NCBI RefSeq assembly: GCF_018977255.1
Contig: NW_024704747.1
Coordinates: forward strand, 19,406,001 to 19,470,000
Source: Callorhinchus milii
Lineage: Eukaryota
Direction of reading: 5' to 3'
Length of the DNA: 64,000 nucleotides
In this document: positions 24,767 to 36,960 of the stretch, piece after piece
How positions within the stretch are numbered: position 1 is the stretch's first letter
Layout: each line of letters starts with the position of its first letter
The notes under the pieces: model-generated
Databases searched by the model: none
The model's input: only the letters and a program-made list of their open reading frames with translations
What the model was told of the DNA's origin: nothing
Made by a program: the position numbers and the translations under genes

Positions 24767-25095
24767 TGCCCCATTTCTGACGAAGGGTCATAGACTCGAA
24801 ATGTTGACTCACTTTCCTTTCTCCATAGATGCTGCCTGACCTGCTGAGTGCCTGATAATAATCCCTCCAAAACAAAACAAAAATACATTGGTCATTTTCA
24901 ATCCATGACTGTTTGTGGGACATTGCTGTGTGCAATTGGCTGCCGCGTTTCGCCCACAAATATACGGTCAATTCACTTTACAGTCTATTCTGTGAAGCGC
25001 TTTGAGACGTCGAGAAGACGTGAAAAGCGCTACATCAAATGCAAGGATTATTATATTATTATTAATTGGAGTGTTCCCAGCCACTTCTGTTTTTG
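24767..25095 (+). mobile_element. Penelope-like terminal repeat fragment interrupted by a SINE
   Basis: Near-identical to 17765-17870 once 24851-25073 is removed. Flanked by the 14-bp duplication atactgtaaagtga. Confidence 0.85.
24851..25068 (+). mobile_element. 5'-truncated young SINE inserted in the Penelope repeat
   Basis: Close match to the 3' part of 48118-48446. Flanked by gagtg at 24846-24850 and 25069-25073. Confidence 0.9.
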
Positions 25096-25377
25096 ATACT
25101 GTAAAGTGAATTGACTGTATATTTGTGGGAAAAACCCGGCAGCCAATTGCACACAGCAGTATCCCACAAACAATCTTGGATTGAAATGACCAATTTATTA
25201 TTATTTTTTGAAAGATTATTACCCCCAAAAAAGCGATCCGCGATCGACTAACAACTGGGTTCCTATTTACTGGTAGGTAAACAGAAATGTGTGGAGTAAG
25301 GATACTTGTCTAAGGTCTCACCCTGCCAGGAATCAAATCTAGGTTTCCCTAACCACTGAGCTACAGGACTCCACACA

Positions 25378-25600
25378 TTTGATCTGCTCACATCCCACTC
25401 CTTGACCCTTCATTTGGCTAAGTCGTCTTGGGCTTTCTGCACATCCCTCGATGCCTCCTCCACCATCGGTGGCTGTCCTTTCAGCCACTATGCCCAAACG
25501 TCTGGAATTCCCTGCCTCAATCTCTTTGCCTTGCCCCCTCTTTACCCATCTTCAGATCACACCTGAAGCCTTTCCTCTTTGATTGCACCTACGGTCACAT
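25378..25600 (+). mobile_element. L2 3' fragment
   Basis: ccaccatcggtggctgtcctttcagccactatgccc...tctggaattccctgcc. Confidence 0.75.
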
Positions 25601-26046
25601 GTGAAGTGATAGAGCAGACATGGAGATGTGGCACTAAGTTTTAACCAGAAAATTACCCCTTGAAACAATACTGTGTCTGCATAAGCTGCCAAGCCTGAAG
25701 TGCATTGCCTTTGAGCAGCCTGACGTCATGTGCTCAGGGAAATTTATTTTTCTAGCAAACATTCATTCAAAAGCTGTTTGTGAAGTTTAAAATAGACTAC
25801 AATATGAAATAGAACATGCAAAAACATTTCATCATTGTAACAAGCCATTTATTTTGGAGGCAGACAATTTCCCCTTCCCTTCCCCTCCCTCCAGCAACAA
25901 CATCTGGGAACTGAGGCTGAAATATTACACAAGCAGCCAAGCAAGTTCTTCACTGTGAGGGCAATTTTGAAAGAACTCCAGCAGGCCCTTATCAGGAAAC
26001 ATTCAGCTGAAAAAATAAACCCTTGCATGCAAATTTTATAAAGTTG

Positions 26047-26235
26047 TAATAATAATCCTTGCATTTGATATTGCGCCTTATCACATCGCCGAGACATCTC
26101 AAAGCGCTTCACAGGATATACTGTGAAGTGGATTGACTGTGTATTTTGTTAATGAAATGCGGCAGCCAGTTGCGCACAGCAATGCCCCACAAACATCCAT
26201 GGAGTAAGAGACAAATTTTATTTGGGGGATTGTTT
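26047..26235 (-). mobile_element. SINE 3' half
   Basis: taataataatccttgcatttgata...cagccagttgcgcacagcaatgccccacaaac. Confidence 0.85.
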
Positions 26236-26346
26236 TATTTTAGCCTTTCCTACCTAATATGCTACTCTTGGGATTGTGTTCGAGGCTGGTGTTAAACCTG
26301 AAGCATTGGTTCCTAGCATCTCCTGCTCCTTCACCAAATTTAGGTA

Positions 26347-26778
26347 TCAGCCTTGCTCAGTTGGTAGCACTCACGCTTCCGAGTCAGTAGGTTGTAGGTT
26401 CAAGCCTTATGTGAAGGACTTTGAGCTCAATGACTCAGCTGACATTCCAATACAGTACTAGAGGTTCACTGCATTATCGCACGTGCCATCCTTCGGATCA
26501 AATTTTTAAATCAAGGACTTGTCTGTTTGTTCAGTTGGACATTAAAAACCCCATGGTACTATTCACAAAGATAAAGGATTTTATCCGAGCCAACAATCCC
26601 CCAGATAAATTGTTGATTCACATCATAGCTGTTTGTGGGATATTATTGTGCACAAATTGGCTGCCACCTTTGCCAACAAAATACAGTCGCCACACTTTAC
26701 AGCAAATTCCGTGAAGCCCTTTGAGATGTCCTCTTGGCAAGAAAAGCGCTATACCAAATACAAGGATTATTATTATAA
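26347..26778 (+). mobile_element. Deu-type SINE, full length
   Basis: Head cagccttgctcagttggtagcactc; tail caaggattattatta. Confidence 0.88.
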
Positions 26779-28566
26779 GGTTATAAATTCAAGCAATGAG
26801 TGGGTGGTTGCTGGGAGCTATGGCTTTGCTTCATGTTTTAGTGTTCTAAAGGATGAATGACTGAAAACCAGCCTGCATTTATAATCACCATATTATTCCA
26901 TTCCTTTCATTTAATCATGAGTTTGGTTTGATTTATTCTTCCATTTAGTCTTCCTTCTTTTCTATCAATCCTTTTCTATCCTTTATTTGTTAATTTTGCA
27001 TACAAAATCACTGAACTTTACAATATATCCGGAAATGTACCTGATGTGAAAGAATCTACACAAAATGCAAGACTTATTAATATTAGATCATTTATTTTAA
27101 TAAATCACCAAATCATATGCTTACTTTGCGTTTTCCTTTTAAAACGTTTCAGCCAACCTCATTTCCTTTTGCTTAACAGTTAAATAAGTAGCAGACAGGA
27201 TAGAATTCCTGATGCTTCTCAAGCAGGGCAGTCCACGTCAAGCACGGAGATGATGTTGACTGCTACTGGAGATTTACCAGGCTGGGAAAGGTTACTACTA
27301 TGTCTAGTTTGAATGCAGATAGAGTTTGAGGCTAGAGAGCAAATGGAGTTCGGTGGGGAAGAGTGGTGGATAGCAGGAAAATTGTGCTTCTGTTGCCATA
27401 AATTGGAAGAGTGGCAGCAAATTAGAGATGACGAATTCAGACACAACCAGGAGCTCCTGACAATGGAAGTTGGCAAGATCCTTGAACAGGTTTTCACCAA
27501 ATCCTTTCCTGACCTATCTCAAGAGCACGGACCCTACCACGCTTCGTCATTTTGCCTTGGCAAGCAATTGGTTAATAATAACAATAATCCTTACATTCAA
27601 TATAGTGCCTAATTGGGTCTTTGAGATGTCTCAAAGCACTTCAAAAGATACACTGTAAAATGTGTTTTGAGGGCGAAACGCAACAGCCAATTGCGCATCG
27701 TAATTAAAGCAGGTTGTGCCTCATGAATCAATTGGAATGCCTTGCACTACTGATAAGGTCTGTCCAGTGGATATAATTTACTTGGATTTTCAGAAGGCAT
27801 TGCATAGGTTTCCAGTCAAATTTGAACTTTCAAGTGGAGGCTATGGTGGAACAAGTATATTTTGTTTTTGTTCTGCTGTTCACCAATTTCTGAAAGAGAA
27901 ATTTTAACAACAGCAAAAAAAATCAGCGTGAAGTAAAGCAAAGCTTCTAATGATTTCAGGGATTTATACCCAGAAAATTGGGAGACAAGTCAGCAATTTA
28001 TTTACTCTGGTCTAGTTTCCGTGGTTTGTCCCTTCAGGGGCAAATCAACATAACCAACACCCATGGAGTAAAGGAAAATGCTGAGCATTTGGCTGGTAGA
28101 ATAACCCAACCTGTTTACCAACGTTTAACTGCTTGACAAAAGTGCCCGAAGAAGTAGTTCATTTAGACTGGTCAATTAAAAAGAAAAAAAAAAGTTGGAA
28201 ACACACAATGGCTCACTCAACATCTGAAAGAGAAAGATGGATTCAATTTGTGACTGCTGTAACCAGAAAGCATGCATCTCAAAGGTTTAGTTATGGTTCT
28301 TCGAAAGGAAACACAAGATTTAGATTTTAGCTTCCAAATCAAGCAACTCGATTAATCACTTCACAATTACAATTAAACCGATTATGGTTTAATCATGGTG
28401 GCTATGAGCATAGAAAGACGGGGCCTGGAGAGGGATTAGTATTACAGAGTAATGATAAAGCTTTAACCTCTCCCTCTTTCAGATGTTGGTTCATCATGCT
28501 TTGCACTTGCAGCATTTTCTGCTTTTACTACCAATTTTTTAAATAAATTGAACTAGAGGCGACATT

Positions 28567-28790
28567 AATAATAATAATCCTTGGATTTGATATAGCACCT
28601 CATCATGTCATTGAGACGTCTCAAAGTGCTTCACAGAATATACTAAAAAGTGGTCTGGCTGTGTATTTTGGGGGCGAAACACGGCAGCCAATTGCACACA
28701 GCAATACCCCACAAACACTCGTAGACTGAGTGACCACATTTTTTTTGTTGATGAGGGATTATTAACCCTGGAAAGTGATCTGCCATTGAT
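28567..28790 (-). mobile_element. SINE 3' part (long variant)
   Basis: Tail and Deu-type domain on the minus strand. Confidence 0.85.
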
Positions 28791-31029
28791 CCCTCTTTCT
28801 TGGCTTTTACAACACAAAACAATAAATCACAAGTGTATAACTCCCAACTGAAGTGCCACATAGATAAATTACAACCATTTTGAACCATTTCAATTTTGCA
28901 CCAGTAATCTATTTACAATTAGATGTCGTCACAATGGCTTAAAATGGAAAGTACAGACCTGAGTCTCTGTTGCTTACATTTTATAGGTTTCTTGAGTCTT
29001 TTGGAGTAAGTTCCAACGGTATCATTCACTTCAATTTGTATAAACTGAAATGTGTTTTTTTTGTGTGTAAAAAATACAATGCTCCCGGTAGTTAACTGCA
29101 TCATTCTATTGTGTGTGTTGTACATTAGGAAACACCTACATTTCAGTCAGTATACTGCAATAATGGGGTGGGGGTGTGTGGGGGACGGGGGACAGGGGTA
29201 GGGGAGAGGAAAATGACTGTTGGGTAGGCAACACATACCTTATGCCATAGTTGATGAGAAAATGCGAGCAAAATCAAACCCTCTGATTGCTTCAAATTCA
29301 TCTGAACTGCACCACATTGTTTTTTTTGACAACCGACAAACAATTTTTGACAACAGACAAAACACAATTGAAAAGCTGGCCTTTTTTAAAAAAAATGCTT
29401 ACATGGTACAATGCCTATTATGCACAAGGGAGATGGGAATAGAGGGGTATGGGAGAAGGGATTAGGAGAGGTGGAGGCTCCTGCATTATATAAACTCCGA
29501 CATGGGTTAGTTGGGCCCAATAGCTTGTTTTAATGCTAATATGCATTCTACATAATTCCAAACATTCGTACACTAAATAGAGGCTGATGCAGATTTTAAA
29601 ACACCTAATCTAAATCAAACTTCAACCTCAGAAGTTTGGTTCTGGACATTTGAAAGGGAATAGTGATATTTTAGTTTCTACTGCGAGCAACTATCAGTGA
29701 CCTCACTATCATATCACAGGCAATTAAACAGATTGCTACAGAGTACGGAGGAGTAATCGCAAAGTGATTTACTTCAATGCTTAGGTATCCGTTGCACATT
29801 AAACCAGCAGTGCCACGGGATGTCTAAATGCAATTAAAATGTGTTAAAAATCCCGGGGTGCTATTCAAAAAGAGATTGGAATTTCTCCCAGAGTCCTGAA
29901 GAAAAAACACTCAGATAAAATTACTTATTCTGGATTTCAAAGGGCCAGCAGACTCAGTTGTGGGTCTCTAATGAGGCCTATGGGATGCAAACAGTGGAAC
30001 AGATGTATAGAAAAGGACAGAGTCTCATTTGTCATTAAATACAAACATCTCTATCTATTACTACAAGTCTTGATGCATGTCATTTTCAAACAAAAGAAAA
30101 AGTAAATGTTGCTTGAGTTCTTCAGTTCACTGGTGACCACAAGCATTGAATCATGTGGGTCATATTTACTACAAGTGGCCAAATGTAGCTAATAACAATG
30201 AAACTGATCTAATCACTTCATCACTGACAGTAGTTGTCATAATTCCTCCAATCTGGTCTTTGTGTGGATGCGGGATAGAGTGTCCTGAACTAAGGTCAGA
30301 CAATTGCTCGCAAAAGGGAGCAAAAGACAATCCACACCCCACCCTCCAGGCTAGCGCTGTACAGCTTCCAGCTATCGATCATATAGCTGCATAAGTAGAG
30401 AGCAAGCTGCCTGGCCAGTCTCTCAGTAGGCAGAGGGAGTCATCAGTGGAAGGTCAGTGGGAATGCACTTTACAGTATTATAAATAAGAGAAATTTATCT
30501 TTTTTATGGTCATAATGGTATTTATTTGATGACAAACAGTAAACAGTTCCCATTATAGAGCATGTGGAGCTAAGCTAATACTGCCTCTAGACAAACAATA
30601 TGTTCCTGTAGCCCCCTTGAACCATTTTGTTTCACTGTGTGAAATACCAAACTCCAATATTGGAGTGAGAACTAATTGCAACACAACCTAGCGAAGCATG
30701 AGCAGGAGCCCCCCGAGAGGCACACACACTGTAGTAAGAGTAATGAGAAGAATTCATACATTTGATGCAATATTTTTTTTGTGTCAGGAAGTTGTCTCAA
30801 AGAGCTTCACAGGATAAATCCAGCAGAATAATTTAGGACTCACTAAGACATGAGGACATGGAGGGCAATTGACGACTGGAACAAGTTACTAGGAGGGTGG
30901 AGGCCAGTACACTGGGTCTCATTTAAAAAGCAGCCTGATCCTATGATAGGAGGACAAATGGATGGGTATTCTGGAAGGATGAAATCAGACAGGCCAAAGG
31001 GCCTTCTTCATCCAAACTGGCCTTGTAAT

Positions 31030-31275
31030 TTACTGCAAATTGTAGTCACTGCATATTTTGGGGGTGAACGCAGCAGTCGATTTGTCAAGGTAATTAAGTG
31101 TTTTTTTTAAGCTGAGAGGACATCAGGTGAAACTCCCTACTCTTTTTGAACAGTGTAATGGGATTTTTAACTTCTATCTGAACAGACAGAAAGGACCTCA
31201 ATTTAACTTCTCATACGATGGATGGCACCTCTGACAATGGAGCACTCCCCCAACACTGTATCGGAGTGTTAGCCT
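31030..31275 (-). mobile_element. Deu-type SINE fragment
   Basis: ggacatcaggtgaaactccc...atggcacctctgacaatggagcactccc. Confidence 0.75.
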
Positions 31276-31631
31276 CGGCAAGTTACTGAAACACGAGCAG
31301 AAAGAAGCATTGAGAGGCACACACCCACACACACTGTGGTTTGGAGCAGCAGCATTGAGGGACGAAACACAAACTGCATGTTTCACAGTTACACAACCAA
31401 CAAGCTCAGCCCACAAAGAACGAGCTCCAAACAACCCATTTATTCTACAGTTTACTTCTTCCCCTTTCAGAGTTAATTTCCAAAATCATAGCCACAAAAC
31501 ATTAAGCGCTCGTGGTGTCCGCACCTGTGCAGAATCAGAACCTTCGGTATAGTGAGCAAACAGATCGACTGTCATGGTTTTCAAGGTAAAGGCAGGTTAG
31601 AGTTGAGCAATTCAAGCTGAAGTACAAGCAG

Positions 31632-32712
31632 ATGACAACAACAAAATTACATTTGTGTAGCGCCTTTCACGTCGGGAGGACGTCCCAAGGCACTGGACTG
31701 ACAGAGTTTCGGACTTGAGCTGAGGGTCAAGGTGGAGGACGGGGGTAGGCAGAGGGGGGGGAAGCAGGGAGATCGAAAGGACGTTCGAAGAGGAGGGTCT
31801 TGAGGTGGGTCTTGAAGGTGGTGTGGGAGGGGGTGAGGTGGAGGAACTGCGGGATGGAGTTCCAGAGGGTGGGCGCAGAGTGACGGAAAGCCCGCCCGCC
31901 GATAGTGGGACAAGCGAGGTGGGGGACGTGAAGCAGGCCGGAGCCCGCTGAGTGGAGGGAGCGCACAGGATGGTAGGGGGTTAGGAGGTCACAGAGCGAG
32001 GGGGGAGCAAGACCATGGAGGGCTTTGAAGGTGAGGACCAGGAACTTAAACTGTATCCTCTGTGTGATGGGAAGCCAGTGGAGTTGGGCGAGGATGGGGG
32101 TGATAGGGTCACGGAGTCTAGTGCAGGAGAGGACACAGGCTGCAGAGTTCTGGATGATCTGCAGCCTGTGGAGGGAGTAGTTGGGGAGGCCGACAAGCAG
32201 TGAGTTTGCGTAGTCGAGCCTCGATGTAATGAAGGCGTGTATGAGGGTGTGAGACAGTTTCGGAGCCAGGCGACGTTGCGGAGGTGGGGGAAGGCAGAGC
32301 AGGTTATGGCGCGAATGTGGGGTAGAAAGGATAGTTGAGGGTCGAACAAGACCCCAAGGTTTTGGACTGGCTTAGCAAGGTGGAATGTGCAACCATGAAA
32401 GGTGATGCTGTCAGCGCCTGAGGTGAGGAGGCGCTGACGGGAGCCAATCAGGAGAGCCTCGGTCTTGTTGATGTTCAACTGAAGAAAGTTAGCTCTCATC
32501 CAGGACTTGATGTCTGACAGACATTCTGTCAGCACAGCAGTGGTCCTGGAGTCAAGGGTGGAGGCAGAGAGGTACAATTGGGTGTCATCCGCATACATGT
32601 GGAAGTTGACCCCATGTCTGCGGACGATGTCACCAAGTGGGGAGCATATAGATATTGAAGAGGAGGGAACTAGGGGCAGAGCCCTGAGGAATGCCGCATG
32701 AGACGGTTTGGG
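31632..32712 (-). mobile_element. 5'-truncated L2-clade LINE, same family as 7940-9047, opposite orientation
   Basis: [11 protein letters not shown]...NFLQLNINKTE...VQNLGVLFD and GGRAFRHSAPTLWNSIP on the minus strand, with the same 3' tail. Confidence 0.95.
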
Positions 32713-34079
32713 ACAAACTAATTCCCAAACTAGTGATACTCAGTTATTTGGTGAGACTTTGTAACTGACCTAGTAATGCCGAAATAATTGTAGAATTTGT
32801 GAATATGAAGAGTTAAGATGCACAACATCAACTTTTATATAACATTTATATAGCGCCCTTCATAGGATAGTGTTCTCAGAGTGCAACAGAGATGCACCAC
32901 ATTCTGCTCATGAATTTTTTATGGTAAAAAATCTGGGGAGGGGAGAGATGACAAGAGGGGTTGGAAGATGACTTTTAAAAAAAAAGGTTTTTAAAAAAAG
33001 GAAAGAACAATTTATCCTGCTGGATATTGGTTTTGGAAAAAAAATCATTTTTTAATGCTATGATGATGAATACTTTTAACTATTCTTTTCGGTCCATGTC
33101 AAAACACAAGGTTGAACACAGTGAATCAAATGGGAATGGAGCAGAATAAAATGACAGGATCAGAGCTCCGAGCCATTCACACATACAGGGACAAAACAAG
33201 CTGCAACAAAGAGCAGCATATTTCCAAGCGTTATTTGATTTGTAAAACAATTGCTTTATTGATTTAAAAAAAAGTTTCCTCTCAAGTCTCAACATTGAAA
33301 TTCTCGCTGTTGCTTTTTGCTTTCGGGATATTTGAAAAAGATCTCGTCGGCACATTGTCTGCAAACTTCAAATTACATTTTACAAATGGAAAGTGGATAT
33401 GTAAATGCAATGCCATGGCGATGGGTATTTAGTGAACAAGCGGCCTATTTTAACCAGAGGGAGTTTCACTTTACCTAACTTTTGAAGCAATTAGTTAGAA
33501 TTATTTTACGTTGCCAGCCAGGGGTTAACTTCTCTGACAAAACAAATAACGGTTCCCTCCCTCACATTTTCCTATGACAAAAATCAACCCTCCTCAGTCC
33601 CGTTCTGACTGTCAAAAACACTGCAGCTTGAGTCATTTTCCTACTGCTCTTTGTTTCATGTGTTCACTTGGGAGCAAGTGTCCGATCATCCGAGTCAAAC
33701 CGAGGACAAATGGCGAAACAAGAACCGTTTATTTTGGATGCAAACACTTTGGGTTCAGTCTTTGAACCCTGAGTACAGTCAACAGCTATTTCACGTTTCT
33801 TCAAGAGCTTGCTGTTTTCAAAACCCGCTTGCCCACGTGACCCAAAAAAGGCACAAAAAGCAGTGAAGCCGTGTCACAAAAATTTAATGTAAGCCAAGAA
33901 CCCACAAATACTCCTCGCAAGGCCACTGGGAACCACTCAACTGACAATTATAATTTAATTGCCGGCGGCAAAAATGCTACTAAAAAAAAGTCACACTTCC
34001 AATGAATCAGCTGACCCACTGCAACGTAAACTTAAATAGAACATTATGGCACAGAAGGATACCTATCTTCAGTTTAATC

Positions 34080-34232
34080 CATGTTTGTGGGTCACTGCTG
34101 TGCATGACTGACTGCCGTGTTTTGCCCACAAAATACACAGTCGATTAATTTCACAATATATTCTGTGAAGCGCTTTGATATGTCTCAACAACGTGATAAG
34201 GCGCTATATCAAATGTAAGGATTATTATTATT
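34080..34232 (+). mobile_element. SINE 3' part
   Basis: Deu-type domain plus tail. Confidence 0.8.
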
Positions 34233-34834
34233 GCATTTATTTTGGTGGCAAGATTGAGACAAGCAAGGTATGAAGCAAAATCAACTGGAAATGCCCCCTT
34301 TGCATGGCACAAAAGATATGCAGGCAAATTAAAGGGGGGAGGGGAGGGAAAGTGGGCACCAGTGTATGGTTTATGATGAAACTTGCTACTGCCAAGATTT
34401 TGCAGGCAGCAAACTGCCTGCGAATGGAAAAAAAACATGCAAACCAAGTTGAAATCAATACATGCTTAATTGTAAAAGATCAATTCCACCTCCAACAAAA
34501 ATGGCACTAGAATGAATACTGCATATGCTGAAATGTTCAAGCCTACAAACAGAAAACAATCTCTCTCGTTCCCCCCATCTCTTTCTCTCTCTCTCTCTCA
34601 CACACACACCTTCCCCATATCAAATTGTAAAACTTACATACTCTTTCGATCGTACAATAAAATGGGAAGCTTATCTATATATGGATCGCTGTGATGTCTT
34701 GCTTACTCATCTTCATGGTTTGCACCATTAAATACTATGTCGGGACAATAATGACATCCATCTGTTAGACAAGCAGTGACTGGAGCAGAACCACCTATTA
34801 GTTGACAACTAATAGGACTAGGTTATAATGATAC

Positions 34835-35060
34835 AAATAATCCTTCCATTTTATACAGAGCCTTATCACGCTGTCAAAACATCTCAAAGCACTTCATGGA
34901 ATTTACTCCACTGTAAAGTGTAGTGACTTTATTTGTAGGCAAACAAGGTAGTCAATTCTCACACAGCAAATGTCCCACAAACAGCCATGAAGTGAATGAC
35001 AAACGTTATGTGGGAGATTGTTGGTCAGGACACTGGAGAAAATCCCTTCTCTTTTGAAGA
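34835..35060 (-). mobile_element. Deu-type SINE 3' part
   Basis: Tail plus tgtcccacaaacagccatgaagtgaatgac. Confidence 0.8.
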
Positions 35061-35569
35061 AGATCAGGAGATCAATCTTTTTTAAATAAAAAAAAAAATT
35101 TGCAAGCCTCTTAACCGTGCAACTAAGGTGGTTACTTAAGCTCAGGTGTTACCTGTTACTTCACCTGCAACTGCACTTACTTTGAAAATGGAAAGCGTTG
35201 CATTTCAAGTCAAAATTGGTGCAAAATTGGTGGGAGGGAGAGAAGTGCAAAACAGAACATTAAGGGCAGCCCCCAAAACAGCCCCCCCAAAGCATTTCAG
35301 GTGTTTCGAATGAACTTTGAAGCAATACATGATTGATAGGGCAAAAACTTGTCACGCCTTTTGCAGTCTATTTTTTTTTACACACACACTCTCACACACA
35401 CACTCACACACTTAATTTGCGTCCGAGAACAGGTCGGTTGCTCAAAGCCACACATCTCAAACCAATGCTGAATCGTTCTGTTCCCTGTGCACTGAGACAC
35501 GGAGCAGAGAGCGCAATCATCACATCACAGCGTTACAGTTCAGGTGCAATTGAATGGTCCAGTGTTCAA

Positions 35570-35959
35570 NNNNNNNNNNNNNNNNNNNNNNNNNNNNNNN
35601 NNNNNNNNNNNNNNNNNNNNNNNNNNNNNNNNNNNNNNNNNNNNNNNNNNNNNNNNNNNNNNNNNNNNNNNNNNNNNNNNNNNNNNNNNNNNNNNNNNNN
35701 NNNNNNNNNNNNNNNNNNNNNNNNNNNNNNNNNNNNNNNNNNNNNNNNNNNNNNNNNNNNNNNNNNNNNNNNNNNNNNNNNNNNNNNNNNNNNNNNNNNN
35801 NNNNNNNNNNNNNNNNNNNNNNNNNNNNNNNNNNNNNNNNNNNNNNNNNNNNNNNNNNNNNNNNNNNNNNNNNNNNNNNNNNNNNNNNNNNNNNNNNNNN
35901 NNNNNNNNNNNNNNNNNNNNNNNNNNNNNNNNNNNNNNNNNNNNNNNNNNNNNNNNNNN
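35570..35959. other. Assembly gap (390 N)
   Basis: Run of N. Confidence 1.
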
Positions 35960-36261
35960 CAGTAGAAGCATTGCCTCCATCAATGCACAAAACACTCTTC
36001 CCGTTGAAGACGCAGAAACAAAACGCGGAACATTGGAAACACTCACATTATTTAAGCGGAAGAAAATAAAGTGGAACAGATTTCTTTTTTTTAAAAAAAC
36101 CCCAAATCCCTGGTCTGCAGCGGCCCCGCACCGGTCGGAGGGCTTCAAAGTCAAAATCAAAGGCTCGATTACGGGCAAATAAAACAAGTGTCTTACATCC
36201 CGATCGGCAACTTTGTCCCGACTGCAGAGCAACTTATTGGCATTTATATTCACAACTGTGC

Positions 36262-36917
36262 GACTGCATCAGCCCAGAGGGGGGGGGGGGGGGACTGCAT
36301 CAGCCCAGAGGGGGGGGGGGGGGGGGACTGCATCAGCCCAGAGGGGGGGGGACTGCATCAGCCCAGAGGGGGGGGACTGCATCAGCCCAGAGGGGGGGGG
36401 GGGGGACTGCATCAGCCCAGGGGGGGGGGGGGGGGGGACTGCATCAGCCCAGAGGGGGGGGGACTGCATCAGCCCAGAGGGGGGGGGGGGGGGGACTGCA
36501 TCAGCCCAGAGGGGGGGGGGGGGGACTGCATCAGCCCAGAGGGGGGGGGGGGGGGACTGCATCAGCCCTCGGGGGGGGACTGCATCAGCCAGAGGGGGGG
36601 GGGGGGGGACTGCATCAGCCCAGGGGGGGGGGGGGGACTGCATCAGCCCTGGGGGGGGGGGGACTGCATCAGCCCAGAGGGGGGGGGGGGGGACTGCATC
36701 AGCCCAGAGGGGGGGGGGGGGGGGGGGACTGCATCAGCCCTCAGGGGGGTGGGGGGGGGGGACCTGCATCAGCCCTCAGGGGGGGGGGGGGACTGCATCA
36801 GCCCTCAGGGGTGGTGAGGGGGGGGACTGCATCAGCCCAGAGGGGGGGGGGGTCTGCATCAGCCCTCAGGGGGTGGTGGGGGGGGGGGGGACTGCATCAG
36901 CCTCGGGTGGGGGGGGG
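36262..36917 (+). repeat. Minisatellite: 22 units of GACTGCATCAGCCC(AGA/TCA) plus a variable poly-G run
   Basis: Units counted directly. G-runs are about 7-17 nt; later units drift to CCCTCA and GGTGG variants. Confidence 0.97.
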
Positions 36918-36960
36918 ATTGGCTTCGGGTCACACAGCGGCGGACAGGCAGATTTCGCAC

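Larger units (their letters stand above)
24700..25373 (-). mobile_element. SINE, long variant, split by nested insertions
   Basis: Head at about 25350-25373 (internally deleted), body at 25096-25340, tail at 24700-24766. Confidence 0.85.

Noticed and set aside
36262-36917. CRISPR-like repeat-spacer array, and Gly/Pro-rich ORFs of 124-333 aa
   Set aside because: The spacers are only G homopolymers, there are no cas genes and the context is vertebrate. The ORFs are open simply because the repeat unit has few stops.
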